A DNA stretch of 61,206 nucleotides, counting the filler. It is 9 parts of 9 records of this genome, joined end to end, with 100 filler letters (N's around TTAATTAATTAA, not from the genome) between each part and the next. Parts side by side here need not be neighbours in the genome. Positions count along the whole stretch, not along the records: positions 11,221 to 20,314 come from SRR31147125_84597; positions 20,415 to 27,153 come from SRR31147125_84687; 7 more parts are not named here. One strand, given 5' to 3'. Of the stretch, positions 18,656 through 27,253 are shown piece after piece. The notes beneath the pieces were generated by a model. It was not told the DNA's origin and did no database searches. It was given only the letters and a program-made list of their open reading frames with translations. Numbering within the stretch: position 1 is the stretch's first letter; the number at the start of each line of letters is the position of its first letter. The translations under genes were made by a program, and so were the position numbers.

Positions 18656-20314
18656 TCAACTCGGTTGCCCGTCGGCAGACTGTGAATGGATGAAAGCCGT
18701 GATGACAGTCAGCATTCCTTTGATTTCTTTTGTCAGTGGGGGAAGTAGCGCATCCATTCCCATGGCTTGTCCTCCATTTTCGGCTATTCCAGCCTGTTCC
18801 AAGGCAGATGAGAGTTTGAACGTTTTTTTTGCTCCCACACTTTTTGCTGCTGTTTTTATGGAATGAGCCAGGCGGGCGGCCTGTGGAAAGTCTCTGTTTT
18901 CTACAGCGGCAACCAGGCCCGACAGTTTTCCCGGAAGATGTGCCGCAATGGCGTTGCAGGTGATCAGTAAAAGTTCCGAATCATTGTCAGCCAGCTCCAG
19001 GGCCACCTCAAAATTCACCATGTCCGTCAGCACTTCCGTGACTGCTTCTGTCATCGATTCCGATCCGGACGAGTCCAAAGATGAGCAATGTGAGACAGGG
19101 AGAGCTTCGAAATTTTTTCCAACACTTTTCCGACTCACCAGTAGCTTTGAAATGGCTTGAATCAACTCCCCTGCCCGGACAGGTTTGGGAAGATAGTCGT
19201 CCATCCCCGCTTCGATAAACCGCTCCCGGTCTCCTTTGAGGGCATGGGCGGTCAAAGCGATGATGGGAATTTTTGCTTTATGGGGTTCATCCAGAGTCCT
19301 GATCATTTTGGCAGCCTCCAATCCGTCCATCAGCGGCATTTGGATGTCCATGAGTACCAAGTCAAAATCATTTTCCCGGAGAGCCTTCACCGCCTCTTTT
19401 CCATTGACGGCAATGGTGACTCCGAATCCGTGCTGTTCCAGTATCGGTGTAATGACTTCCCGGTTCACCTCAAAATCCTCGGCAAGAAGAATATGGTATT
19501 TTTTGAGCATGTCATCGGGCATGGGAGCGATAGGGTTTTCCTCCGGCACGACGGATTTTCGGAGCGCTTCCACGGAGGAGGATATGACGTTGGAGGATTC
19601 GGAAGGTCGCATGGCATCATCGGGAGATAAGGATCCTAACGGGATGGAGAAATGGAAGGCACTCCCCTTGTACACTTCGCTGTCTACCCAGATGCGCCCT
19701 CCCATCAAATCAACCAACTTCCGGCATATGGCAAGTCCCAAACCTGAGCCGCCATATTGTCTCGACAGGGAGCTTTCCAGCTGGTTGAACTCTTCAAAAA
19801 TGTGTTCCATACTCTCTTCCGGAATACCGATTCCGGTGTCGGAAATGGAAAACCGAATGGTATTTTCCTCTCCGTAAATCGGTGTCTTTGTTGTTGCTTC
19901 CGTCTCCGTTAACGGCGCATCCGTGCCCACCATGATCCGGATACGTCCCTCATGGGTAAATTTCAATGCATTGTTTATCAGATTGACCAAAATCTGACGT
20001 AATCGTGCGGCATCACCGTACAGGTAGGCCGGAACATCATCCCCAACACCATAGGAAAGATCGATCGCTTTTTCCCTTGCAGTGGCTTGAAACATGTCCA
20101 CAACTTCTTTTAAAAGAGTATCTAGATAAAAGGGGGCGTTGGAAAGATCGATTCTTTTGGCTTCAATGGCTGAAATGTCGAGGATATCGTCAATTAACGA
20201 CAGCAGATGCTCAGAAGATCGATGGATGGTATCGAGATATTTTTTTTGTTGAATCGTCAGAGGGGTGGTGAGCATCAGATCGGCCATGCCGATGACGGCA
20301 TTCATGGGGGTTCG
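18656..20314 (-). CDS. Hybrid sensor histidine kinase (HisKA-HATPase-REC-HPt), 5'-truncated
   Basis: RTPMNAVIG, NLINNALKFT, DTGIGI, GSGLGL, LMDIQMP, AHSIK. Confidence 0.92.
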   Translation of the reverse strand, partial: RTPMNAVIGMADLMLTTPLTIQQKKYLDTIHRSSEHLLSLIDDILDISAIEAKRIDLSNAPFYLDTLLKEVVDMFQATAREKAIDLSYGVGDDVPAYLYGDAARLRQILVNLINNALKFTHEGRIRIMVGTDAPLTETEATTKTPIYGEENTIRFSISDTGIGIPEESMEHIFEEFNQLESSLSRQYGGSGLGLAICRKLVDLMGGRIWVDSEVYKGSAFHFSIPLGSLSPDDAMRPSESSNVISSSVEALRKSVVPEENPIAPMPDDMLKKYHILLAEDFEVNREVITPILEQHGFGVTIAVNGKEAVKALRENDFDLVLMDIQMPLMDGLEAAKMIRTLDEPHKAKIPIIALTAHALKGDRERFIEAGMDDYLPKPVRAGELIQAISKLLVSRKSVGKNFEALPVSHCSSLDSSGSESMTEAVTEVLTDMVNFEVALELADNDSELLLITCNAIAAHLPGKLSGLVAAVENRDFPQAARLAHSIKTAAKSVGAKKTFKLSSALEQAGIAENGGQAMGMDALLPPLTKEIKGMLTVITAFIHSQSADGQPS

Positions 20315-20414
20315 NNNNNNNNNNNNNNNNNNNNNNNNNNNNNNNNNNNNNNNNNNNNTTAATTAATTAANNNNNNNNNNNNNNNNNNNNNNNNNNNNNN
20401 NNNNNNNNNNNNNN

Positions 20415-20660
20415 GGGAACCCAATGCGGTGACGACATGCACCTTGCATTTACCGCACGTGCCGATACCTCCGCACTCTGAATCGATTTCCAGGTTGGTT
20501 TTTTCCAACGCTTCGTATATGGTCGTGCCCCGTTTGACTCTCAGCCAAATGTCATCCGGCAGAATGTTGAGCCAAATCGTTTTGCGAGCGCCCTTTGCCG
20601 GAGCCTCACGTTGACTCTTTTTTCTCTTTTTTTCTTAACGATATGTTTGTTCGTCTTCAT
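20415..20660 (-). CDS. N-terminus of a corrinoid reductive activator (RACo/ASKHA-type, 2Fe-2S domain); frameshift in an A-run, 3'-truncated; absent from the ORF track
   Basis: Minus strand ...ILPDDIWLRVKRGTTIYEALEKTNLEIDSECGGIGTCGKCKV; its ATG overlaps the DUF1638 stop (ATGA). Confidence 0.7.
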
Positions 20661-21265
20661 AATGGGGTCGAATTGCGCTGTTCGTGCCGGTGCAATTGAT
20701 CGATAAATGATTTCAACAAAGAATAGTCGGCATCCATAACCTTGTATTGCAAGTCTAAAAACGCCGCAACAGTCCGAACGCGATCGAAGAGATCGGGATC
20801 CCTCGGCTGGCGGATATAGAGCAGTTGACGATAATTGGAAAAGTACAACCCCCTCAGTTCGGGGTCATCCAATTCCAGAGGAAGGCGACACAGATCATCG
20901 AAATCGACGAGAAGCTCCTTCTCGACAAAAAACGTGCCGGGACATTCGTCGATGGCGCTGCTGTAGCGAGAGTGCCCCAGAAGAACTTCATAACAATGGT
21001 TGCCGGAAATTCTATGTACGACGTCGAGATTAAGGTGGCGATCGATGTCCGTAAAGCACTGTCCGTAGAGGCACCCGATACAGATGCCGTTTTTTTTTGT
21101 CTCTTCAATTGTGCCCAAAAGGCGGTCCCTGAGATCATTGGGCCTTAAATGAAGATAGGATGGTAGAAAGGTGACCGAGAAAGGGGGCACCGCAGAGATC
21201 TCGGTCAGGTAGGCCAGGGCGTCCCGAAAAACACTGCAGGCGATGATATGAATGGTGTCGCTCAT
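20657..21265 (-). CDS. DUF1638-like protein
   Basis: IIACSVF, LPSYLHLRP, LYGQC, HCYEVLLG, PGTFF; context of corrinoid methyltransferase genes. Confidence 0.7.
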   Translation of the reverse strand: MSDTIHIIACSVFRDALAYLTEISAVPPFSVTFLPSYLHLRPNDLRDRLLGTIEETKKNGICIGCLYGQCFTDIDRHLNLDVVHRISGNHCYEVLLGHSRYSSAIDECPGTFFVEKELLVDFDDLCRLPLELDDPELRGLYFSNYRQLLYIRQPRDPDLFDRVRTVAAFLDLQYKVMDADYSLLKSFIDQLHRHEQRNSTPL

Positions 21266-21298
21266 ATGGTCCTTGGACGAACAGATCGATTTCCTGTT

Positions 21299-22711
21299 TC
21301 AAACCCCTTTGATCTCTGGAAACCGCTTTCGGATACGCTTGAGTACCTGGGCATCCAACATCGGGGTCTGTTCCGCCAGGATAGTCTTCACCCGCTCCCT
21401 GGCGCGCGTCAGGGGCGTTGGATTGTCTTCTCTCGTCCACGTGTCATAGGCCATGCGGACACTCAAGTTCGGGTAGAAAAATTGGTCGAGCATATGATCG
21501 AGGGTATGCTCTTCGGTAACAAAATTGCCCCCCGGTCCGACACGCTCGATGGTGTCCACGGCCAGCGTCTCCTTTGTGATGTCGATGCCCTTGAGGATAC
21601 GTTGAATCATCCCCAGGATCTCATCATCGATGACAAATTGCTCCAGGGCGATGGCATTGCCCGAATCGAGCATACCGGCGGCCAGATGGATAAAATCGGC
21701 ACCCGCCGACGCCACCATCAGGGTGGAGACCCCCTTTTCGAAACCGGCCTGAACATCGGGCACTTTGGCATCCGTTAGACCTGCCGAGGCATAAATCGGC
21801 AGTCTGTACCGATGGGCCAACGCCACCGCAGCGGTGTTGAGCATGCTGGTTTCAATCGATCCAATGGCCAGGTTCATTTTGCGCAAATCCATGGTCGAGG
21901 GTACCGCACCATACAAGATCGGTGCTCCAGGCGAAAAAAACTGGGCCAAAGCAACACCGGCCAGGGCTTCTGCGTGCAGTTGCGCCAAGGTCCCTCCCAG
22001 CGTGGCCGGTGCGGTGGCCCCGGCAATGGGGGCCGGTGCGCATGTTGCCGGTATCCCCTTGTTCCCACAAAATTCCAATATGCGCAGGGTTTCTCCATCC
22101 ACGGTGAGGGGGCTGATGGGATTGGTAATGACAGACATGCACGGTCTATCGCGAAAAGCGGCTTCGCCTCCTGCGATCGACGCGGCCAATCGGTGCGCTT
22201 GCCGCGCTCCGGCCAAATGGTCGCATCCGCCCATCACATGCTTTCGGGTGTGGCGGAAGGCCTGAAAAAAATCGTTGAGATGATAGTGCTCTGCCGGAAG
22301 ATCGTAAGCTTGGCAGGGGATGATGAAAAATTGGATGTTCGGTAACCGCTCGACCAACGCCGCCGTATCGGCGATATCTTTCATCAGCGTCGAACGCATC
22401 TGCCCGCTGCCCATATCGAGGAGCTGAAACACACGCCCCCCGTTTCCAAAATGGACACGATCCGTTCCCAACAACAGATCGTTGGCCCCATCCCTGCTGT
22501 AAAGCGTAACATGCGCGGGGGCTTGCCGGAGCTGCTCTTCCAGCCAGACATCCGGCATACGAACACGAAGGGTGTCATCATCAACCCGAGCGCCCGACTT
22601 TCGAAGCCGCCGGCATATCTGTTGATCAAGAATCTTGATGCCGACCCGATCGAGCAGTTCCCGTCCGGCGGCATCGATTTTTTTAACTTTCGCCGGTGAT
22701 AGAATTTGCAT
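21299..22711 (-). CDS. Trimethylamine methyltransferase (MttB) superfamily protein, non-pyrrolysine
   Basis: NPISPL, GATAPATLGG, AGLTDAKVPDVQAGFEK (Leu at the Pyl-equivalent position), VGPGGNF; no in-frame TAG. Confidence 0.9.
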   Translation of the reverse strand: MQILSPAKVKKIDAAGRELLDRVGIKILDQQICRRLRKSGARVDDDTLRVRMPDVWLEEQLRQAPAHVTLYSRDGANDLLLGTDRVHFGNGGRVFQLLDMGSGQMRSTLMKDIADTAALVERLPNIQFFIIPCQAYDLPAEHYHLNDFFQAFRHTRKHVMGGCDHLAGARQAHRLAASIAGGEAAFRDRPCMSVITNPISPLTVDGETLRILEFCGNKGIPATCAPAPIAGATAPATLGGTLAQLHAEALAGVALAQFFSPGAPILYGAVPSTMDLRKMNLAIGSIETSMLNTAAVALAHRYRLPIYASAGLTDAKVPDVQAGFEKGVSTLMVASAGADFIHLAAGMLDSGNAIALEQFVIDDEILGMIQRILKGIDITKETLAVDTIERVGPGGNFVTEEHTLDHMLDQFFYPNLSVRMAYDTWTREDNPTPLTRARERVKTILAEQTPMLDAQVLKRIRKRFPEIKGV

Positions 22712-22759
22712 CCCACGTCCCAAATGAAATGTTATTCTGCAGCTATCCGAATCGCTACC

Positions 22760-24222
22760 CTATGGCGATGAGAGGTTTTGAATCCGCTGATCGATCTCCA
22801 CGGCCAAGGCTTCATCCATCTCTGGTGTCAGTCGATGCTTCGACAGAATGTCCCGCGCTCGATCGTTGCTGCGCCGATACAGATCAATTCCCCTTCAGCC
22901 TGCCAGGCGTCAAAACGGGAACGGTCCAACAATTTGGGGATAAACAGGGCCGACTCGAAGTGATCGAAGGTGTGGTCGTCGGTCAGGAAAATACCTTTGA
23001 TACCGGCTTGCTTGACCCTCTCCAGGGCATCCAGCGCCAGTGTATCGTTGTTGACCGGGATGCCGTTGGTAAAGTGGCGCGCCATGGCAATCAGTTCATC
23101 GGCGATGGTCACCATCTCCAAGGAGGAGGTATTGCCATACTCCAGATATCCCACATCGTGAATGAGATTGCAGCGCGAGAGCATGGCCGTGGTGATTGAA
23201 AACATCGCCTCCGCACCGGCTTGGGCGTCTACTGTCTTGGCGTCCGAGGCGCCGGCAAACGACCAGATCGGCAAGCCGTAAAGCTCATCACGCATATCGG
23301 CCAGCGCCGCCTGGGTGAGGCTCCATTCGGGGCAGCCATAGGAGACCACGGTGGATTTCATATCCAGTGCGCTGACATTGGGACCGAAGAGAAACGGTGC
23401 GCCCGGTCGGGTCTGCTGGTGGATGATCAAACCGACTAAATTTTCGGCGATCCCCAGCGCCATGGCCCCGGCCAGCGTTATCGGCGCGCCGCCGCCGGCA
23501 TTGGACCCGGAGGGCAGACAGATCGGGATCTGCTTTTCGGCGCAAAACATCAGCCTGTCGACCACGTTGACCGGGAAGCGTAAGGGACTGATCGCCTCGG
23601 AATAGTTGAGCAAAAAAGGCTTTTGTCGAAATTGTTCTTCCCCTCCGGTCACCAGGCAAGCCAGCTCATGCACCAGGGCCATGTCTTCTCCGCGATCGGC
23701 GATGAAGACGATGGGCTTGTTGGTATTGCGCAGCATTTCAGCAAAGGTGTAGACATAGATATAGTCGACGTTGGGGATATCCTGGGGATTGCTCATGGAC
23801 ATGGCAAAATCGATGTTTTCCAGACCGTCCACCAAACGGGCAAACCGGCCGGTATCGCCAAGGACGCATCGCCGGCGCTCGCCGGACTCCAGATCGAGGG
23901 TAAAGGTGGTGTCCGATCCCGTTCCGTAGTAGAAGAGATCGTCACGTAGATCCATCGCCTTGTTGCCATTCTGGTCATGGAGCATGATCCGCCGCGGCGC
24001 GGTTTTCAGCGCCTGCTCGGCCAAAAAGGCCGGAATTCGCACCCAGTCTGCGTCCACAGCGGTCGCGCCGAGATCAAGAAGCAATTGACGGGCGCCATCG
24101 TGCTCCATCTTCACACCGGTCTTTTCCAAAATTTCCAATGCGGCGGTGTGGATGGCCAGCGCCTGCTGCCGGTTGAGGACCTTCAGGCGCGGCTGGTGGG
24201 TGGTGATGGGTAAAGGATTCAT
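22760..24222 (-). CDS. Second MttB-superfamily methyltransferase, non-pyrrolysine; C-terminal frameshift near 22890
   Basis: EAISPL, APITLAG, AGASDAKTVDAQAGAE (Ala at the Pyl-equivalent position), HDVGYLE; the shifted frame continues GIDLYRRSNDRARDIL to a stop at 22760. Confidence 0.88.
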
Positions 24223-24335
24223 CGCTTCCTCCTTATCCGGTAAGACCGGGAAGCTGGAAAGGATCGTTGCATCGTGTGATGATCGGCGTCATCGTATACC
24301 AGGGCGCCCGGGTGCAATAAGAGATAGAAATTCTA

Positions 24336-24968
24336 TTACACTCCAAGGAGCTTTTTGGCTTCAACCACCGCACTTCCTGCATCCGGTGCATAGCTGTCGG
24401 CGCCGATCTGATCGGCATATTCGGCTGTCACCGGCGCACCGCCGATCATCACCTTCAAATCGCCGCGTTGACCTGTCGCCTCCAGCGCCTTCACCGTTTC
24501 GGCCATCGCCGGCATCGTGGTCGACAACAGCGCCGACATACCTACAATCTGCCCTTTCTCTTCAGATACGGCCTTGACAAATGCTTCGGGGGCCACATCG
24601 ACGCCCAGATCAATAATCTGAAAGCCGGCGCCCTCCAACATCATGGCCACCAAATTCTTACCGATATCATGCAAATCCCCCTTGACGGTCCCCAAAATGA
24701 CGTTTCCCTTGGTCGTCATGCCCCCCTCTTGGAAGTGGGGCTTGAGGATGGCCACGCAATTTTGCATGGTCTTGGCCGACCGCAGCATCTGGGGAACAAA
24801 CATGGCTCCTTGGGCAAATTTCTCTCCGACCACATCCATGGCAGCGATCAACCCTTCATCGAGAATGCGCTGCGGATCGGTGCCGCCATCTATCTCCTTT
24901 TGGGTCAGCTCCTTGGCCTGATCGATATTTCCCTTGATCACAGCCTCGGACAAAGCGTCGAAACTCAT
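24336..24968 (-). CDS. Cognate corrinoid (B12-binding) protein
   Basis: N-terminal cap domain, GTVKGDLHDIGKNLV, DLGVDV, SALLSTT, GGAP. Confidence 0.95.
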   Translation of the reverse strand: MSFDALSEAVIKGNIDQAKELTQKEIDGGTDPQRILDEGLIAAMDVVGEKFAQGAMFVPQMLRSAKTMQNCVAILKPHFQEGGMTTKGNVILGTVKGDLHDIGKNLVAMMLEGAGFQIIDLGVDVAPEAFVKAVSEEKGQIVGMSALLSTTMPAMAETVKALEATGQRGDLKVMIGGAPVTAEYADQIGADSYAPDAGSAVVEAKKLLGV

Positions 24969-24995
24969 CTCTTCACCTCCTTAATCCAAACTATT

Positions 24996-25796
24996 TTATG
25001 ACTTCTCTAACAGACCATTTTCATATGCGTCGATGTAATCGGCACAGTACTCGTCCTTTCCCGTCAGCATCAGAGACGTCTTCAGTGCCGCCATGATGGC
25101 CCGATCGGTCGGGTCCATTATCGCAGCGCTAAGACCATGGCCAACCGCCAAAGCTAAAAAATAACGATTGATCAGGCGTCGGACCGGCAATCCGAAGGAG
25201 ATATTGGACAAGCCGCAAATGATGTGCACCTCGGGATAGCGCTCCCGAATACGCGCGATGGATGTCAGGACGGCGGCCCCCATACGCGTATCGACCGATA
25301 CCGGCTGCACCAATGGGTCAATGTAGAGATCCGACTGGGCAAGGCCTGCTGCTTCGAGTCGGGTGATCAACTCTTCGGCAACGGCCACCCGTGCCTCGGC
25401 CGTTGTGGGCATGGCCGTCTGGCTCATACACAGGGCCACCAGCTTGCAGGACAATTGCGTGACCACCGGTATCATTCGGTCGTACCGTTCCGTTTCCAAC
25501 GATATGGAGTTGATCATCGGCACGCCGGCGTGAACCGCCATCGCCTTCTCCAACGCCGCCGGATTAGGGCTATCCAGGCAGCACGGCATATTCACCTCTG
25601 CTTGCACGGTCTCTACCAGCCAAGGCAAATAATCGATCTCCTCATCAAGAAAGGTCCCGGCATTGACGTCGATATAATCGGCGCCGGCATCGGCTTGGGC
25701 TTTGGCCACCGAACGGATGAAGGCGGAATCTTTCTGCCGAACGGCTTCTGCAATGGACTTGCGGCTCGTGTTGATCAATTCTCCCACGATAATCAT
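24996..25796 (-). CDS. Methylcorrinoid:tetrahydrofolate methyltransferase (pterin-binding, AcsE/MtgA-like)
   Basis: MIIVGELIN, GADYIDVNAG, LDS, MINSIS, IDPLV, GLSNISFGLP. Confidence 0.9.
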   Translation of the reverse strand: MIIVGELINTSRKSIAEAVRQKDSAFIRSVAKAQADAGADYIDVNAGTFLDEEIDYLPWLVETVQAEVNMPCCLDSPNPAALEKAMAVHAGVPMINSISLETERYDRMIPVVTQLSCKLVALCMSQTAMPTTAEARVAVAEELITRLEAAGLAQSDLYIDPLVQPVSVDTRMGAAVLTSIARIRERYPEVHIICGLSNISFGLPVRRLINRYFLALAVGHGLSAAIMDPTDRAIMAALKTSLMLTGKDEYCADYIDAYENGLLEKS

Positions 25797-25945
25797 GAAT
25801 AACCTGCCTTTCCGCATGCAATGTTGATAGAAACGAAGGACCAAAATAGCGAAAGGCGTTCAGTGGACTGCCGAAGCCAAGTAGCAGAGGGATCAGCTCA
25901 GTACCGCTCAAGAAGTGAAATCTCGCTTTAGCGATGAGGTGTTTT

Positions 25946-25977
25946 TAACTTACTACGCATCGGCGGGGAAATGTCAA
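25946..25977 (-). promoter_or_regulatory. Putative sigma70 promoter of the methyltransferase operon
   Basis: Perfect TTGACA on the minus strand followed by a weak -10 region (TAGTAAGT), just downstream of a terminator. Confidence 0.4.
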
Positions 25978-25985
25978 CCGTTTTA

Positions 25986-26038
25986 GAAAAAACAAGGGCT
26001 CGCTGCAGGTGGCGATCCAATTACCTGCAGCGAGCCCT
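25986..26038 (-). terminator. Rho-independent terminator
   Basis: Perfect 16-bp stem AGGGCTCGCTGCAGGT/ACCTGCAGCGAGCCCT followed on the minus strand by TGTTTTTT. Confidence 0.8.
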
Positions 26039-26099
26039 ATGCGATTGTTCAAAACAGTCGGGGCATCAAGGAAGAGAAGAGGTGGCGGGCATCAACGGA

Positions 26100-27068
26100 T
26101 TATCCCTCCGCGTCTTTTTCTAGTTGATCCAATTTGTCAGGCTCCGAAACAGCGATGTCCACAAGCGCTTTTGGGATCGAGCTCTGCTCGCACATCACCC
26201 GGATCTCCTTCTCCTCTTCGCTGAACTCCATGATTTCGCGGATCGACTCGATGTAGCCAAGCATATCGTCCGCAGACATATCTTCCAGCGCAGGCCCTTC
26301 GGCCTCCTTCTTCTTGCGTGCAGCCTCCTCTTCGGCCAGCCGCTGCTTCTCCTTCAGCTCCTCCTCCATGGCCTTCTTGGCGCCATCGATGTCCGCCTGG
26401 CTCACGCCGGCCATTTCCATCATCAACGCTTCTTCAACATTGTTATCGAAAAGGTACCGGACCTTCTCTTCATTGCCCTTATCCGCCACCTTCTCGAGCA
26501 GACCGGCGACCCGTTTTCTCTCCGCACGCTCCGCCGCTATATCGGCATGCACCTGCTTCAGCTTGTCCTCTGTAAGCTCCATAGCGCTGGTGATCACCTC
26601 GTCATCCACCTCCTCCTTGATGAGCAGGCGAATGCCATCGTCACCTTGCAGCCCCTTCGCCTTGGCGATCAGCAGATCGAGTTTCTTCTGCTCGACCATC
26701 GCCACCACATCGGGCCTGCATGCCGCGGTTCTCAGCTCCGGCCATGTATCGCCCAGTTTGTCGAGCATCTTGGCCGTGGCAAGAAAGGGGTCGGCCACAT
26801 CCTCCAGCGTGAAGGCCGAAATCTCGGCGTTGAAATCTTTCAGCATCGATCTTCCCACGCTGCGCGCCTTATCAACGGCAAACCTCAATTTGATCAAATT
26901 GCCGCCGTGTTTCGAGACGTTGTATCCCGCATTGTCAAGTTCACCGGCCATCTGTTGAATCGAAGCTTCCGGGTTTTCCCCCGAGAGAACCTCGGATTCG
27001 AGATTGAGAATACCCTCCTCGATCAAGTACCAGAGCGGCTTTTTCCCAGTTTCCTCTTTAGTCGCCAT
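26100..27068 (-). CDS. Acidic, helical hypothetical protein
   Basis: 322-aa E/K/A-rich ORF with a strong RBS (AAGGAG) and a downstream terminator; no family recognised. Confidence 0.75.
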   Translation of the reverse strand: MATKEETGKKPLWYLIEEGILNLESEVLSGENPEASIQQMAGELDNAGYNVSKHGGNLIKLRFAVDKARSVGRSMLKDFNAEISAFTLEDVADPFLATAKMLDKLGDTWPELRTAACRPDVVAMVEQKKLDLLIAKAKGLQGDDGIRLLIKEEVDDEVITSAMELTEDKLKQVHADIAAERAERKRVAGLLEKVADKGNEEKVRYLFDNNVEEALMMEMAGVSQADIDGAKKAMEEELKEKQRLAEEEAARKKKEAEGPALEDMSADDMLGYIESIREIMEFSEEEKEIRVMCEQSSIPKALVDIAVSEPDKLDQLEKDAEG

Positions 27069-27253
27069 TTTTCAATCTCCTTTTTCAATAGTTTAAACAA
27101 ATGTGCAGGGAAAGACAGGAGCCTATAGAAACAGCGCCGTCGGCACCCTTTTTNNNNNNNNNNNNNNNNNNNNNNNNNNNNNNNNNNNNNNNNNNNNTTA
27201 ATTAATTAANNNNNNNNNNNNNNNNNNNNNNNNNNNNNNNNNNNNNNNNNNNN

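Noticed and set aside
21299-24222. Pyrrolysine-containing trimethylamine methyltransferases
   Set aside because: No in-frame TAG; Leu and Ala occupy the Pyl-equivalent position; no pyl genes in view
25797-25945. SAM-I or cobalamin riboswitch call
   Set aside because: Core consensus elements are not matched; kept only as an unassigned candidate
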